From: an uncultured Gemmatimonadales bacterium
GTDB lineage: Bacteria; Gemmatimonadota; Gemmatimonadetes; Gemmatimonadales; Gemmatimonadaceae
Assembly: GCA_963793305.1 (NCBI GenBank)
Contig: CAWBZV010000006.1
Span: 39,874 to 103,873 of the forward strand
Length of the DNA: 64,000 nucleotides
Direction: 5' to 3'
Positions 40,326 to 49,210 of the stretch are shown in pieces. Within the stretch, counting starts at the first letter, position 1. Each line of letters starts with the position of its first letter. The notes below the pieces were generated by a model. It worked only from the letters and a program-made list of their open reading frames with translations. It had not been told where the DNA came from and ran no database searches. Both the position numbers and the translations under genes were made by a program.

Positions 40326-40954
40326 GACCCCGCTCCTGCTGCGTACAGTCCGTGCAGCTTGACCGTCCACGTCAGGGTCCGTTGCTGCTGGCCACCAACG
40401 TCATTGATCAATGCCTCGGGCGTGTCGATGCCGGCATTGACTTCCACTTCGTCGAGCACGAGCAGTTTGTCGCCGTGCTCGAGCCGGGAGAGAAAGTCGA
40501 CCAAGCCGCTGACGCTGCTCGTGCCCGACAGGTCGACCGGGATGGCGAGCAGGCCGGGCTTGTCCTTGTGCGCCTCGCCCGCAACGTCGATCCGTTGCAG
40601 CGCGACCGCGCTCGCCTGGGCGTATCCTTGCACGACATTCTGCAGTGTCGAGGCCGCGAGCGCTGGTGTGGCCCCGCTCACGAGCCGGTCCTCGTCGGCC
40701 GCGAACGCGAGGCGCTGGGCATCGAGCGCGTGCTTGAGCGCGTCGGTGCTCGCCACGAGTGTGGACAGCCGTACCCACTGATCGCGGCTGGCCGAGTAAC
40801 CCGTCTCGCGCTCTGTCCAGTGATCGGTGAACGGCAGCACGACGCCGGCGATCACCAGCACCACCGCGCTGACGATCGCTCCGCCTATCACCACCCGCCG
40901 CTCGCGGGGCTTAAGGCGCTGAAACGAATCGAAAGGCGAGCGCGAAACTCTCAT
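40322..40954 (-). CDS. gspM: T2SS protein M-like
   Basis: LKPRERRVV followed by TM, ALAASTLQ, LVDFLSRLE; start uncertain. Confidence 0.75.
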   Translation of the reverse strand: MRVSRSPFDSFQRLKPRERRVVIGGAIVSAVVLVIAGVVLPFTDHWTERETGYSASRDQWVRLSTLVASTDALKHALDAQRLAFAADEDRLVSGATPALAASTLQNVVQGYAQASAVALQRIDVAGEAHKDKPGLLAIPVDLSGTSSVSGLVDFLSRLEHGDKLLVLDEVEVNAGIDTPEALINDVGGQQQRTLTWTVKLHGLYAAGAGS

Positions 40955-42077
40955 ACGATTGATGACCGACCTGCGCGTGATCCATGGCCGACAAGAAATG
41001 CACGTCCTTGAACTCTGGCGCCGCGCCGAGGCGGGCAATGACATTCGACGCGTTCGGCGCGTAGCCATCGAGCTGCCAGTCGCTTCCCGAGCCGCGAATC
41101 CCTCTGACGAACGCCCCAGGAGGCAGCTGGCGGGACAGCGCCAGCAGCACGCCCAATCGCGCCGGGCGCTCAGATTCGATCTCGCGAATCGCGCGTGAGC
41201 GCTGGGCGTGCGCCTCGAGCTCGGTCTCGAGCGCGAGCGCGGGCGCGGCCTGCTGCTTCAACGCCGGGAGACTGGCTGCAATCTCGTCGGCCGCTCGTGC
41301 CCGCCAGGAGTCGAGCAATGTCAACGCAAATACCAGTGCGAGGACACAGGCAGCCGTCGCGGTCGCCAGCTCTCGGCGCTTTCGCCCCGTAATCGCTTTC
41401 TCGTGCGTCGGCGACACGAGCGTCTCGGCAAACGCCACCGGCGCGTCGCCCTTGAGCGCGGCGCCGTAGGCGGGCAGGAACGCGGCCGGCACGTCACCGA
41501 TCGCGGGCACGGTGATGGTCGCCGTGTGCGCGCCGTCTTGATCTCCGAACACGCGCCGCGCGGTGACGACCTTGCCACCGCTCAGCTCCATGTACGCGCC
41601 GTCGCCAAGGTCGACGATACCGTCGGTGATCCCCACATGACCCAGCGCGCGGGCGAGTGCCACCGGCGCGGGCTCGATGAGATCGACGGGCGCGATGCCC
41701 TCGAGCGCGCGGACCCACTCGGCCAGCGGCTCGTCCTGCGCCGCGAACACGAGATCGGAATCCGCGCGGACAGCCGGCACGACACCGAGGGAGCGATCGG
41801 CGAAGAACCGCTCGGGCTCGAGCAACAGGATATTGCGGCGCTCGGCCGCCGAGAGCGCCGGCAGCTTGACGCGCTTCGTGAAGAGGAGCGGCAGGTCAAT
41901 GGCCACCGCGATGCGCCGGACGCCGTTGGTGTGTGCTTCGAGCGCGCGGATCGCATCGTCCTTGTGCGAGCGATCGTAGACAATCTCGAAAACGCTCGTG
42001 TGCTGCCGCGGCCACCCGTCGACGCGTACGCCGCGAATGACGCGAGCGCCGAGCTCCAATCCGAGTCGCGCCATCAT
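40911..42077 (-). CDS. gspL: T2SS protein L / PilN-domain protein
   Basis: Cytoplasmic actin-like part, TM, LLALSRQLP...LDGYA PilN-like domain. Confidence 0.72.
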   Translation of the reverse strand: MMARLGLELGARVIRGVRVDGWPRQHTSVFEIVYDRSHKDDAIRALEAHTNGVRRIAVAIDLPLLFTKRVKLPALSAAERRNILLLEPERFFADRSLGVVPAVRADSDLVFAAQDEPLAEWVRALEGIAPVDLIEPAPVALARALGHVGITDGIVDLGDGAYMELSGGKVVTARRVFGDQDGAHTATITVPAIGDVPAAFLPAYGAALKGDAPVAFAETLVSPTHEKAITGRKRRELATATAACVLALVFALTLLDSWRARAADEIAASLPALKQQAAPALALETELEAHAQRSRAIREIESERPARLGVLLALSRQLPPGAFVRGIRGSGSDWQLDGYAPNASNVIARLGAAPEFKDVHFLSAMDHAQVGHQSYESFALAFRFVSAP

Positions 42078-42196
42078 AGTGGGGATAAGATGCGTTCGGG
42101 CTCAGGTGCCACCCGCCCGCGTGGCAGTCTCGTTACACGAGCGGTCGAGCCTGCTCGTCTCTGGCGGGTCACGGTACGGTTCGCCATTGTGTCTGG

Positions 42197-45100
42197 ATGC
42201 GACTCTCCATTGCTCTCGTAGCGGGCGTCGTCCCGCTCCTTCAGGCCCAGACCACGACTGGGCCTCTGCTGCTGCAAAAGCCTACCATCAGCCGAACATC
42301 GGTCGCCTTCGCCTATGGCGGCGACATCTGGACGGCGCCGCGAACAGGTGGCGCGGCGCGCCGTCTCACGGCGGCCGACGGCGAAGCCACCGGCCCATTG
42401 TATTCGCCGGATGGCTCGTTGATCGCCTTCACGGGCACGTACGACGGCAACACGGACGTGTACATCGTGAGCGCCGAAGGCGGGGTGCCGCGGCGCCTGA
42501 CGTACCATCCAGCGCCCGACGTTGCGGTCGGATGGACGCCAGATGGCTCTCGCATCGTCTTCCGTTCGCCACGCCTGAGTTATAGTCGATTCTCCAGACT
42601 GTTCACGGTGTCCAAGAACGGCGGACCAGCGACAGAGGTGTCGCTCCCTCGGGGATACACCGCTTCGTTCTCGTCTGATGGGTCGCGCATCGCGTACATG
42701 CCGAACGATCCCGCGAATGAGATCTGGAAGCGCTATCGCGGTGGCGAGACATCGGAGATCTGGCTGGCCACTCTGTCCGATGCGTCGATCGAGCGTATCC
42801 CGCGAGAGAATAGCAACGACAGCTGGCCGATGTGGGTCGGGAATTCTGTCTACTTTTTGTCCGATCGCGATGGGTCGACGACGCTGTACTCGTACGACAC
42901 GCGCGCGAAGAAAGTCGAGAAGGTCGTCGACAACACCGGACTCGACATCAAGTCTGCGTCAGGCGGTCCAGAGGGAATCGTCTACGAGCAATTTGGCTCG
43001 TTGTTCCTGTTCGACCCGGCGTCCAAGTCCTCGACCCGCATCCCCATCACGGTCTCGGGTGATCTGCCGAAGGTCCGCGCGCACTACCTGCCGGCCGCTC
43101 CGTCGATCAGCGCGGCCAACATCTCGCCGACCGGCGCGCGCGCCGTATTCCAATCCCGAGGTGAAATCCTGACGGTGCCGGCCGAGAAAGGCGATGTCCG
43201 CAACCTGACCAACACGCCCAGTGTGATGGAGCGCGATCCGGCGTGGTCGCCGGACGGCCGGTCGATCGCGTTCTTCTCGGACGCCTCAGGCGAATACACG
43301 CTGCACATCGTATCGCAGAACGGGACCGGGGCCCCTCGCTCGATCACGCTCGGCGACGCGCCGTCGTACTACTACTCGCCGCAGTGGTCGCCCGACAGCA
43401 AGAAGATCAGCTACTTGGACAAGCGCCTCAATGTCTGGTATCTCGACGTGGCCACAGGCAAGTCGACAAAGGTCGACACGGACCCGTACGAGGCGCCATG
43501 GCGTTCGCTCGATCCTGTCTGGTCGCCGGACAGCAAGTGGATCGCGTACACGCGCAGTCTCGCCAACCATTTTCACGCCGTGTTCTTGTACTCGCTCGAA
43601 ACCGGGACGGCGACGCAGGTCACCGACCCGATGAGTGACGTGAGATTCCCAGCGTTCGATCGCAGTGGTGACTATTTATACTTTACCGCGAGCACGAACG
43701 CCGGCGCCTCGGCGGGCTGGCTCGACATGACGAGCTACGATCGCCCGGTCACCCGCAACTTGTATCTCGTCGTCCTGCGGAATGACAAGCCGTCGCCGCT
43801 CACGCCGCTCTCGGACGACGAGAAGGCCGATACGACGAAGGCTCCGGCTGATACGACCAAGAAAGCAGCGCCAGCGTCGACTGATGTTCGCATCGACCTG
43901 ACCAACATCAATCAACGCATTTTGGCGCTCCCACTCGGCGACCGGCGCTGGAGCGGCCTCGTGGCGGGCGCCCCGGGCACGATCTACGCCCTCGAGACCG
44001 TCGACAAGCCGCCGATGTCGGCCGAGGACAACGCCGGGACACGGCAGGCGCTGTACAAGTGGGACCTGACGACCCGCAAACTCGTGAAACTGGTCGATGG
44101 CATCATGGGCTTCGACCCGGGAGGCGACGTGGGCGAACGCACACCGACGACCTTCCGACTCTCGGCCAAGGGCACGAAGATGCTCTACCGCGCTGATGGC
44201 CAGTGGGTCATCGCTGGCGTCGACGGCCCACCGAAGCCGGGCGAGGGCATCCTGAGCCTCGGCGATGTCCAGATCGCGGTCGATCCGCGCGCGGAATGGA
44301 AGCAGATGTACCACGAAGCGTGGCGCGTCGAACGCGACTTCTTCTACGATCCGCACTACCACGGGCTCGACCTCGGCGCGGCCGAAGCGAAGTACGCGAC
44401 GTACGTGCCGAACCTCGCCAGCCAGCAAGACCTTCGCTATCTGCTGACCGAAGGGCTCGGCGAATTGACGGTCGGCCACCTGTTCATCTTTGGCGGCGAA
44501 GACCCGCCACTCACGCATCCCCCGCGCACGGGCCTCCTCGGCGCCGACTACTCCGTGGAGCACGACCGCTACAAGTTCGAGCATATCTACTCGGGCGAGA
44601 ACTGGAACCCGGAGCTCAAGGCGCCGCTCACGCAGCCGGGCGTCAACGTCGCGGTCGGCGAGTACGTGATTGCCGTCAACGGCATCGACGTGCACGCCAC
44701 CGAGGACATCTATCGCTACTTCGAGGCGACCGCGGGGAAGACGGTCGTGCTGCGCGTCGGCAAGGATCCATCCGGCGCCGGCGCGCGCGACGTGAATGTC
44801 GTCCCGGTCGCCAACGAGAATGCGCTCCGCAACTTTGCCTGGATCGAAGACAACCGCCGCACGGTGGATCGCCTGAGCGGCGGCAAGCTCGCCTATGTGT
44901 ATCTCCCGAACACGGCGGGCGCCGGATACGCGAACTTCACACGCTACTATTTCGCGCAGACGAACAAGCAAGGCGCGGTCCTCGACGAGCGGTTCAACGG
45001 CGGCGGATCGATCGCCGACTACATGATCGAGGTGATGCACCGCGAGCCGCTGTTCCGCGAGATGACCCGCGACGCAACAGATTTCACCTCGCCCGTGAGC

Positions 45101-45523
45101 GCGATCTATGGCCCGAAGGTCATGATCACGAACGAGTACGCCGGCTCGGGCGGCGACGCGCTGCCCTTCATGTTCCACGAGACGAAAGCCGGGCCGCTCG
45201 TCGGCAAGCGCACCTGGGGCGGCTTGGTCGGCATCTACGACTATCCCGTGCTCATGGACGGAATGACGGTCACCGCTCCGCGCGTCGCGATCTATACGAC
45301 ACGCGGCCAGTTCGAGATCGAGAACCACGGTGTCGCGCCCAACGTCCCGGTGGAGCTGGACCCGGCCCAGTGGCGCGCGGGGCACGACACGCAACTCGAA
45401 AAGGCGGTCGCGATCGCGCTCGACTCGCTCGGCAAGAATCCGCCGATGGTCGTCAAGCGACCGCCGTATCCCAACTATCACGGAGGGACGCCGACCGCCT
45501 CGGCGACTACGCAGAAGCAGTAA
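42197..45523 (+). CDS. Tricorn protease homologue (S41), exported
   Basis: PD40/SPDG propeller repeats, WKRYRGG, EWKQMYHEAWR, DERFNGGG, GSGGD catalytic Ser, GKRTWGG. Confidence 0.95.
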   Translation: MRLSIALVAGVVPLLQAQTTTGPLLLQKPTISRTSVAFAYGGDIWTAPRTGGAARRLTAADGEATGPLYSPDGSLIAFTGTYDGNTDVYIVSAEGGVPRRLTYHPAPDVAVGWTPDGSRIVFRSPRLSYSRFSRLFTVSKNGGPATEVSLPRGYTASFSSDGSRIAYMPNDPANEIWKRYRGGETSEIWLATLSDASIERIPRENSNDSWPMWVGNSVYFLSDRDGSTTLYSYDTRAKKVEKVVDNTGLDIKSASGGPEGIVYEQFGSLFLFDPASKSSTRIPITVSGDLPKVRAHYLPAAPSISAANISPTGARAVFQSRGEILTVPAEKGDVRNLTNTPSVMERDPAWSPDGRSIAFFSDASGEYTLHIVSQNGTGAPRSITLGDAPSYYYSPQWSPDSKKISYLDKRLNVWYLDVATGKSTKVDTDPYEAPWRSLDPVWSPDSKWIAYTRSLANHFHAVFLYSLETGTATQVTDPMSDVRFPAFDRSGDYLYFTASTNAGASAGWLDMTSYDRPVTRNLYLVVLRNDKPSPLTPLSDDEKADTTKAPADTTKKAAPASTDVRIDLTNINQRILALPLGDRRWSGLVAGAPGTIYALETVDKPPMSAEDNAGTRQALYKWDLTTRKLVKLVDGIMGFDPGGDVGERTPTTFRLSAKGTKMLYRADGQWVIAGVDGPPKPGEGILSLGDVQIAVDPRAEWKQMYHEAWRVERDFFYDPHYHGLDLGAAEAKYATYVPNLASQQDLRYLLTEGLGELTVGHLFIFGGEDPPLTHPPRTGLLGADYSVEHDRYKFEHIYSGENWNPELKAPLTQPGVNVAVGEYVIAVNGIDVHATEDIYRYFEATAGKTVVLRVGKDPSGAGARDVNVVPVANENALRNFAWIEDNRRTVDRLSGGKLAYVYLPNTAGAGYANFTRYYFAQTNKQGAVLDERFNGGGSIADYMIEVMHREPLFREMTRDATDFTSPVSAIYGPKVMITNEYAGSGGDALPFMFHETKAGPLVGKRTWGGLVGIYDYPVLMDGMTVTAPRVAIYTTRGQFEIENHGVAPNVPVELDPAQWRAGHDTQLEKAVAIALDSLGKNPPMVVKRPPYPNYHGGTPTASATTQKQ

Positions 45524-46046
45524 GCGCCGCCAGCTTGAGAACCGTATTCCAGTTACGGCCGGTCCCGGCTCCGATGGCCTTGTCGATCATGGCCACCGTC
45601 AGCTTGGACCGGCCTTGGCCGTCGGGATAGTAGATGTACGCGTGACGCCCGACGCCGAGCACCCGCTCGGGACCTTTGATCGCTGCTTGGAGCGCACTGA
45701 ACGCCTTGGCCCCGGGCGCTGTCTTGAGGCAGAACATGATGAGCCGGCCGGGATCGCGTTTGGCCTCGGCGGGAAATGGATTCTTCGCAATGATGGTCCG
45801 CCACTCTCCGGCGCTCCTCACGTGAAAATCCGTACTGAGCCCCAGCCGTTGTTCGGCCTCGCCTTCGAGGAGCGCCTCGAGCTGGGCCGACGTTCGCGCG
45901 CCGCCGTCGAACACGAGATTTCCACTGTTGAGGAGCGTCCGCACCTCGCGGAAACCCAGCGCGGTCGCGAGCGCGCGCAGGTCGGCCATTGCCACCGCGC
46001 GGTGACCCCCGAGATTCACCCCTCGCAGGAGGGCGATATGTGCCAT
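45507..46046 (-). CDS. DUF1697 family protein
   Basis: IALLRGVNLGG, LNSGNLVF, TGRNWNTVLKL. Confidence 0.9.
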   Translation of the reverse strand: MAHIALLRGVNLGGHRAVAMADLRALATALGFREVRTLLNSGNLVFDGGARTSAQLEALLEGEAEQRLGLSTDFHVRSAGEWRTIIAKNPFPAEAKRDPGRLIMFCLKTAPGAKAFSALQAAIKGPERVLGVGRHAYIYYPDGQGRSKLTVAMIDKAIGAGTGRNWNTVLKLAALTASA

Positions 46047-46074
46047 CGCGATAGAATATGTGTAGTTTGAGCGC

Positions 46075-46932
46075 ATGGCCACGGCCGTAGATCGTCCGCC
46101 GCGCGACGACGAGATCGACTTTTTCGGCGTCACGCACGTGGGTGCCATCCGCACGGTCAATCAGGACAATTTCCTGATCGCCTCGATCCGCCGAAAGGTC
46201 GAGGCCCATCTCACGAGCCTCGCCTCCCTCGACCGCCTGCCGCTCGAATCCGAGCGCATCGCGTTCCTGGCCATGGTTGCCGACGGCGTCGGCGGCGGCC
46301 CAATGGGCGATGCCGCGAGCCGGTTCGCGGTCGAAGCCGTGACGCAATACGTGACCAAGTGCATCCGCCTCTCGGCCGTCGGTGACGGAGGCGGAACGAG
46401 CGACTTCCCGCGCGCCCTGGAGACCGCGGCGCGCGAAGTCCATCTGGAGTTATTGCGACAGACCGAGAACGACCCGACCCTCGGCGGGATGGCGACGACG
46501 CTCACACTGTGGATCGGCATGTGGCCCCGCTCGTATATCCTGCAGGTCGGTGACAGTCGGTGCTATATCCTCCGCGACGGCGAGCTGACGCAGCTCTCGC
46601 GCGATCAGACCATGGCGCAGGATCTCATCGACAGCGGCATCCTGTCGCGCACCGATGCGTATCGGACCCGCTGGGTCAATGTGCTGTCGAGCGCGATCGG
46701 TGGCTCACAGAACACGCCGGTCGTGAGTTACCTCCACCAGATGTGGGGGACGGTCGGATTGCTATGCAGCGACGGTCTGACGAAGCACGTGTCCGACGAA
46801 CGGATTCGTGACCGGCTTCTGACGATGACCTCCGCCAAGCAGGTCTGCAGCGATCTCGTGCAGGACGCGCTCGACGGGGGTGGTACGGACAACATCACCG
46901 TCGTCGTCGGCCGGACGGTCAGGCGCGACTGA
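46075..46932 (+). CDS. PP2C-family Ser/Thr phosphatase
   Basis: NQD, VADGVGG, VGDSRCY, LCSDGL, GGTDNIT. Confidence 0.93.
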   Translation: MATAVDRPPRDDEIDFFGVTHVGAIRTVNQDNFLIASIRRKVEAHLTSLASLDRLPLESERIAFLAMVADGVGGGPMGDAASRFAVEAVTQYVTKCIRLSAVGDGGGTSDFPRALETAAREVHLELLRQTENDPTLGGMATTLTLWIGMWPRSYILQVGDSRCYILRDGELTQLSRDQTMAQDLIDSGILSRTDAYRTRWVNVLSSAIGGSQNTPVVSYLHQMWGTVGLLCSDGLTKHVSDERIRDRLLTMTSAKQVCSDLVQDALDGGGTDNITVVVGRTVRRD

Positions 46933-46937
46933 CGGGT

Positions 46938-47345
46938 GTGACGCAAATGCAACCTTCCACGTCCAATTCCAGCATGAATGAACGACTCCGAAAAATCACC
47001 CATAAGGGTGTCTCGATCCTCTACACCGACTACACTGGCTATAGTAGTTGGGATGATTGGAGAGCGTTAATCGAAGCCGAGCGGAAGATCATGCCGAATG
47101 AGCCACTGGGTTCGGTGCGCGCGGTGGCAATCTTCACCGACTCACGGTTCACGACTGAAGTCTTCGAGGCGATCAAGCAGCTCGCCGTGGCCAATCGACC
47201 GCACATGAAGGCAAGCGCCCTCGTGGGACTGAGCTCGTTACAAAAGACCGCGTTTCTCAAGGCGATCGAGCGCACGTCGGACCGTTCGTTCGCTTTGTTC
47301 GACACGCTGGACGAGGCGCTCGACTGGCTGGTCGAACAGAAATAG
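46938..47345 (+). CDS. Hypothetical protein, STAS/SpoIIAA-like
   Basis: SALVGL...FDTLDEALDWL C-terminal pattern; visibly AT-richer 5' half; start uncertain. Confidence 0.6.
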   Translation: MTQMQPSTSNSSMNERLRKITHKGVSILYTDYTGYSSWDDWRALIEAERKIMPNEPLGSVRAVAIFTDSRFTTEVFEAIKQLAVANRPHMKASALVGLSSLQKTAFLKAIERTSDRSFALFDTLDEALDWLVEQK

Positions 47346-47438
47346 CCGCTCCGCGGCGCGTCGATGCAGCGCTTTCGCGCTGCTCGACTGGTCGGTTCGC
47401 CTCCGGGGGCAAACCCCAACTACGCCCCCGGACCCCCC
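47345..47438 (-). repeat. 94-bp structured dispersed repeat, copy 3 (diverged)
   Basis: Reverse complement GGGGGGTCCGGGGGCGTAGTTGGGGTTTGCCCCCGGAGGCGAACCGACCAGTCGAGCAGCGCGAAAGCGCTGCATCGACGCGCCGCGGAGCGGC. Confidence 0.9.
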
Positions 47439-47445
47439 AAAGACA

Positions 47446-47964
47446 TCAGAGGCGCGCGTCGACCACGATAACGCGAGATCCGAGTACCTGGCCGACGGCC
47501 CGCACGAAGTCGTCAGATAACCGCGGCCAGTTCCAGAACTCGATGCCGATGTGGCCGAACCCCCACTGAAACGGTCCGCGCCACTCGTTGAGGCGCTCGG
47601 CGCCGCCGCACACCGGGCATGCGAACACCGCCCGATCATCCCCGGCGAGCCACTGCTCGACGGCGGCCGCCCAGCGGGATTCGGGCTCGAAAACCGCGCG
47701 GCAGGTCGAACACTGGACCTCGATGCCGTTGCCCATCGCGGTGAAGACCCGCCGACCGACTTGAATCTTGACGTCGTTTGTCACGAGGCGCCGGAAACCA
47801 TTGTCCCCGCCTTGGACGGTCGCGAAGTCCCAGTTCGGGCCGGGATGCCCGCTGGAATCGGCGATCCCTTCTTGGAGCAACCAACGTCCTATCGTCGCCG
47901 CGAGGCGCTCCGCTTCGTCGGCGGGCGCATCGATATCCACGATCACTTGAATCGTGTCACTCAT
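47446..47964 (-). CDS. Hypothetical protein with CxxC...CxxC zinc ribbon
   Basis: CSTC and CPVC; WGFGHIGIEFWNWP. Confidence 0.7.
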   Translation of the reverse strand: MSDTIQVIVDIDAPADEAERLAATIGRWLLQEGIADSSGHPGPNWDFATVQGGDNGFRRLVTNDVKIQVGRRVFTAMGNGIEVQCSTCRAVFEPESRWAAAVEQWLAGDDRAVFACPVCGGAERLNEWRGPFQWGFGHIGIEFWNWPRLSDDFVRAVGQVLGSRVIVVDARL

Positions 47965-47980
47965 GTTGTATAGTCACACC

Positions 47981-48332
47981 GTGCCCATTGACGATACGCT
48001 GGCCGAGAGCATCCGCGCCGCACTCACGGAACGTCGGTGCGGTGACAGAAGTCAAAATGTTCGGCGGGATCGGGTTCATGCTGAACGGCAATCTGCTCGC
48101 CGGTGCATCGACGCGCGGGCTACTGTTGCGCGTTGGCAAGGATCGTTCGGCTGATGCGCTCAAGAAACCCGGCACTCGTCCCATGGTCATGCGCGGGCGG
48201 ACCATGGAAGACTACATCTACGTCGACCCGCCGGCGCTGAACACCCGCGCGGTCAAGTCCTGGATTCGCGCTGCCGTCTCGTTCGTCGAAACGCTACCCC
48301 CAAAGAAGAAAAAGAAGGCCGCGAAGAAATGA
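47981..48332 (+). CDS. TfoX/Sxy N-terminal domain protein; 1-nt insertion near 48028
   Basis: GTG PIDDTLAESIRAAL then EVKMFGGIGFMLNGN, LPPKKK. Confidence 0.82.
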
Positions 48333-49210
48333 TGCGCCTGACAGCGGCCCTTGGCCTCCTAACGATGTTCGCGCGGGATTCTGCCTCAACAGACTCCCTC
48401 GCTGCCCGCCGGGCAAAGTTCGCGGCATCGTTGAAATACCAGACGGGCGATGTCCAGCTCCATGGCGGCATGGCCACGTTGCGCGGCGTTGGCGGAACGT
48501 ACCGGTTCCTCGACGGCGAGCAGGCCGGCAAAGTCCTTCGCGCCTGGGGCAACCCCGTCAAGGAAAACCCGCTGGGAATGCTGGTCCCCGCGGAGATGAG
48601 TCCTGTCGACAGCGGCGCATGGGCGATCGTGATCACGTACCAGGACAATGGCTACGTGTCGGATTCCGGCGCATCCCGGATCAACTACGATTCGCTGCTC
48701 ACGCAACTGCAGAAGTCCGCGCGCGACGAGAATCCGGAGCGCAAGAAGCAGGGCTACCCGACGTTCGAGGTCGTCGGGTGGGCGCTTCCCCCGCGCTACG
48801 ATGCCCAGACGAAGAAGCTCTACTGGGCCGAAGAGCTGAGCTTCGATGGCGACACCGCTCACACGCTCAACTACAAGATCCGCGTGCTCGGGCGCCGCGG
48901 CGTGTTGGTCCTGAACGCGGTATCGGCCATGAACCAACTGCCGCTGGTTCAAGAGGCAACGCCGGCCGCGCTCGCGATGGTCGAGTTCAATCCCGGCAAT
49001 CGCTACGCCGACTTCGTGAAGGGCAAGGACCACGTGGCCGCCTATGGGGTCGGCGCGCTCATCATCGGCGGGATCGCCGCCAAAGCGGGGCTGTTCAAGT
49101 TCTTGATCCCGATCTTGCTCGCGGCCAAGAAGCTGATCATCGTCGCCGTCGCGGCAGTGGCGGCCTTCTTCCGCCGCTTTTTCGGCGGCAAGAAGAAAAC
49201 TCCAGCTTAG
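48329..49210 (+). CDS. DUF2167 family membrane-anchored protein
   Basis: WGNP, GYVSD, GWALPPRYD, LNYKIRVLGRRGVLVLN, AAKAGLF. Confidence 0.9.
   Translation: MMRLTAALGLLTMFARDSASTDSLAARRAKFAASLKYQTGDVQLHGGMATLRGVGGTYRFLDGEQAGKVLRAWGNPVKENPLGMLVPAEMSPVDSGAWAIVITYQDNGYVSDSGASRINYDSLLTQLQKSARDENPERKKQGYPTFEVVGWALPPRYDAQTKKLYWAEELSFDGDTAHTLNYKIRVLGRRGVLVLNAVSAMNQLPLVQEATPAALAMVEFNPGNRYADFVKGKDHVAAYGVGALIIGGIAAKAGLFKFLIPILLAAKKLIIVAVAAVAAFFRRFFGGKKKTPA

Noticed and set aside
47345..47438. Repeat element as SRP RNA, tRNA or simple intrinsic terminator
   Set aside because: Lacks the SRP domain IV motif, the cloverleaf/TTC loop and a poly-U tract
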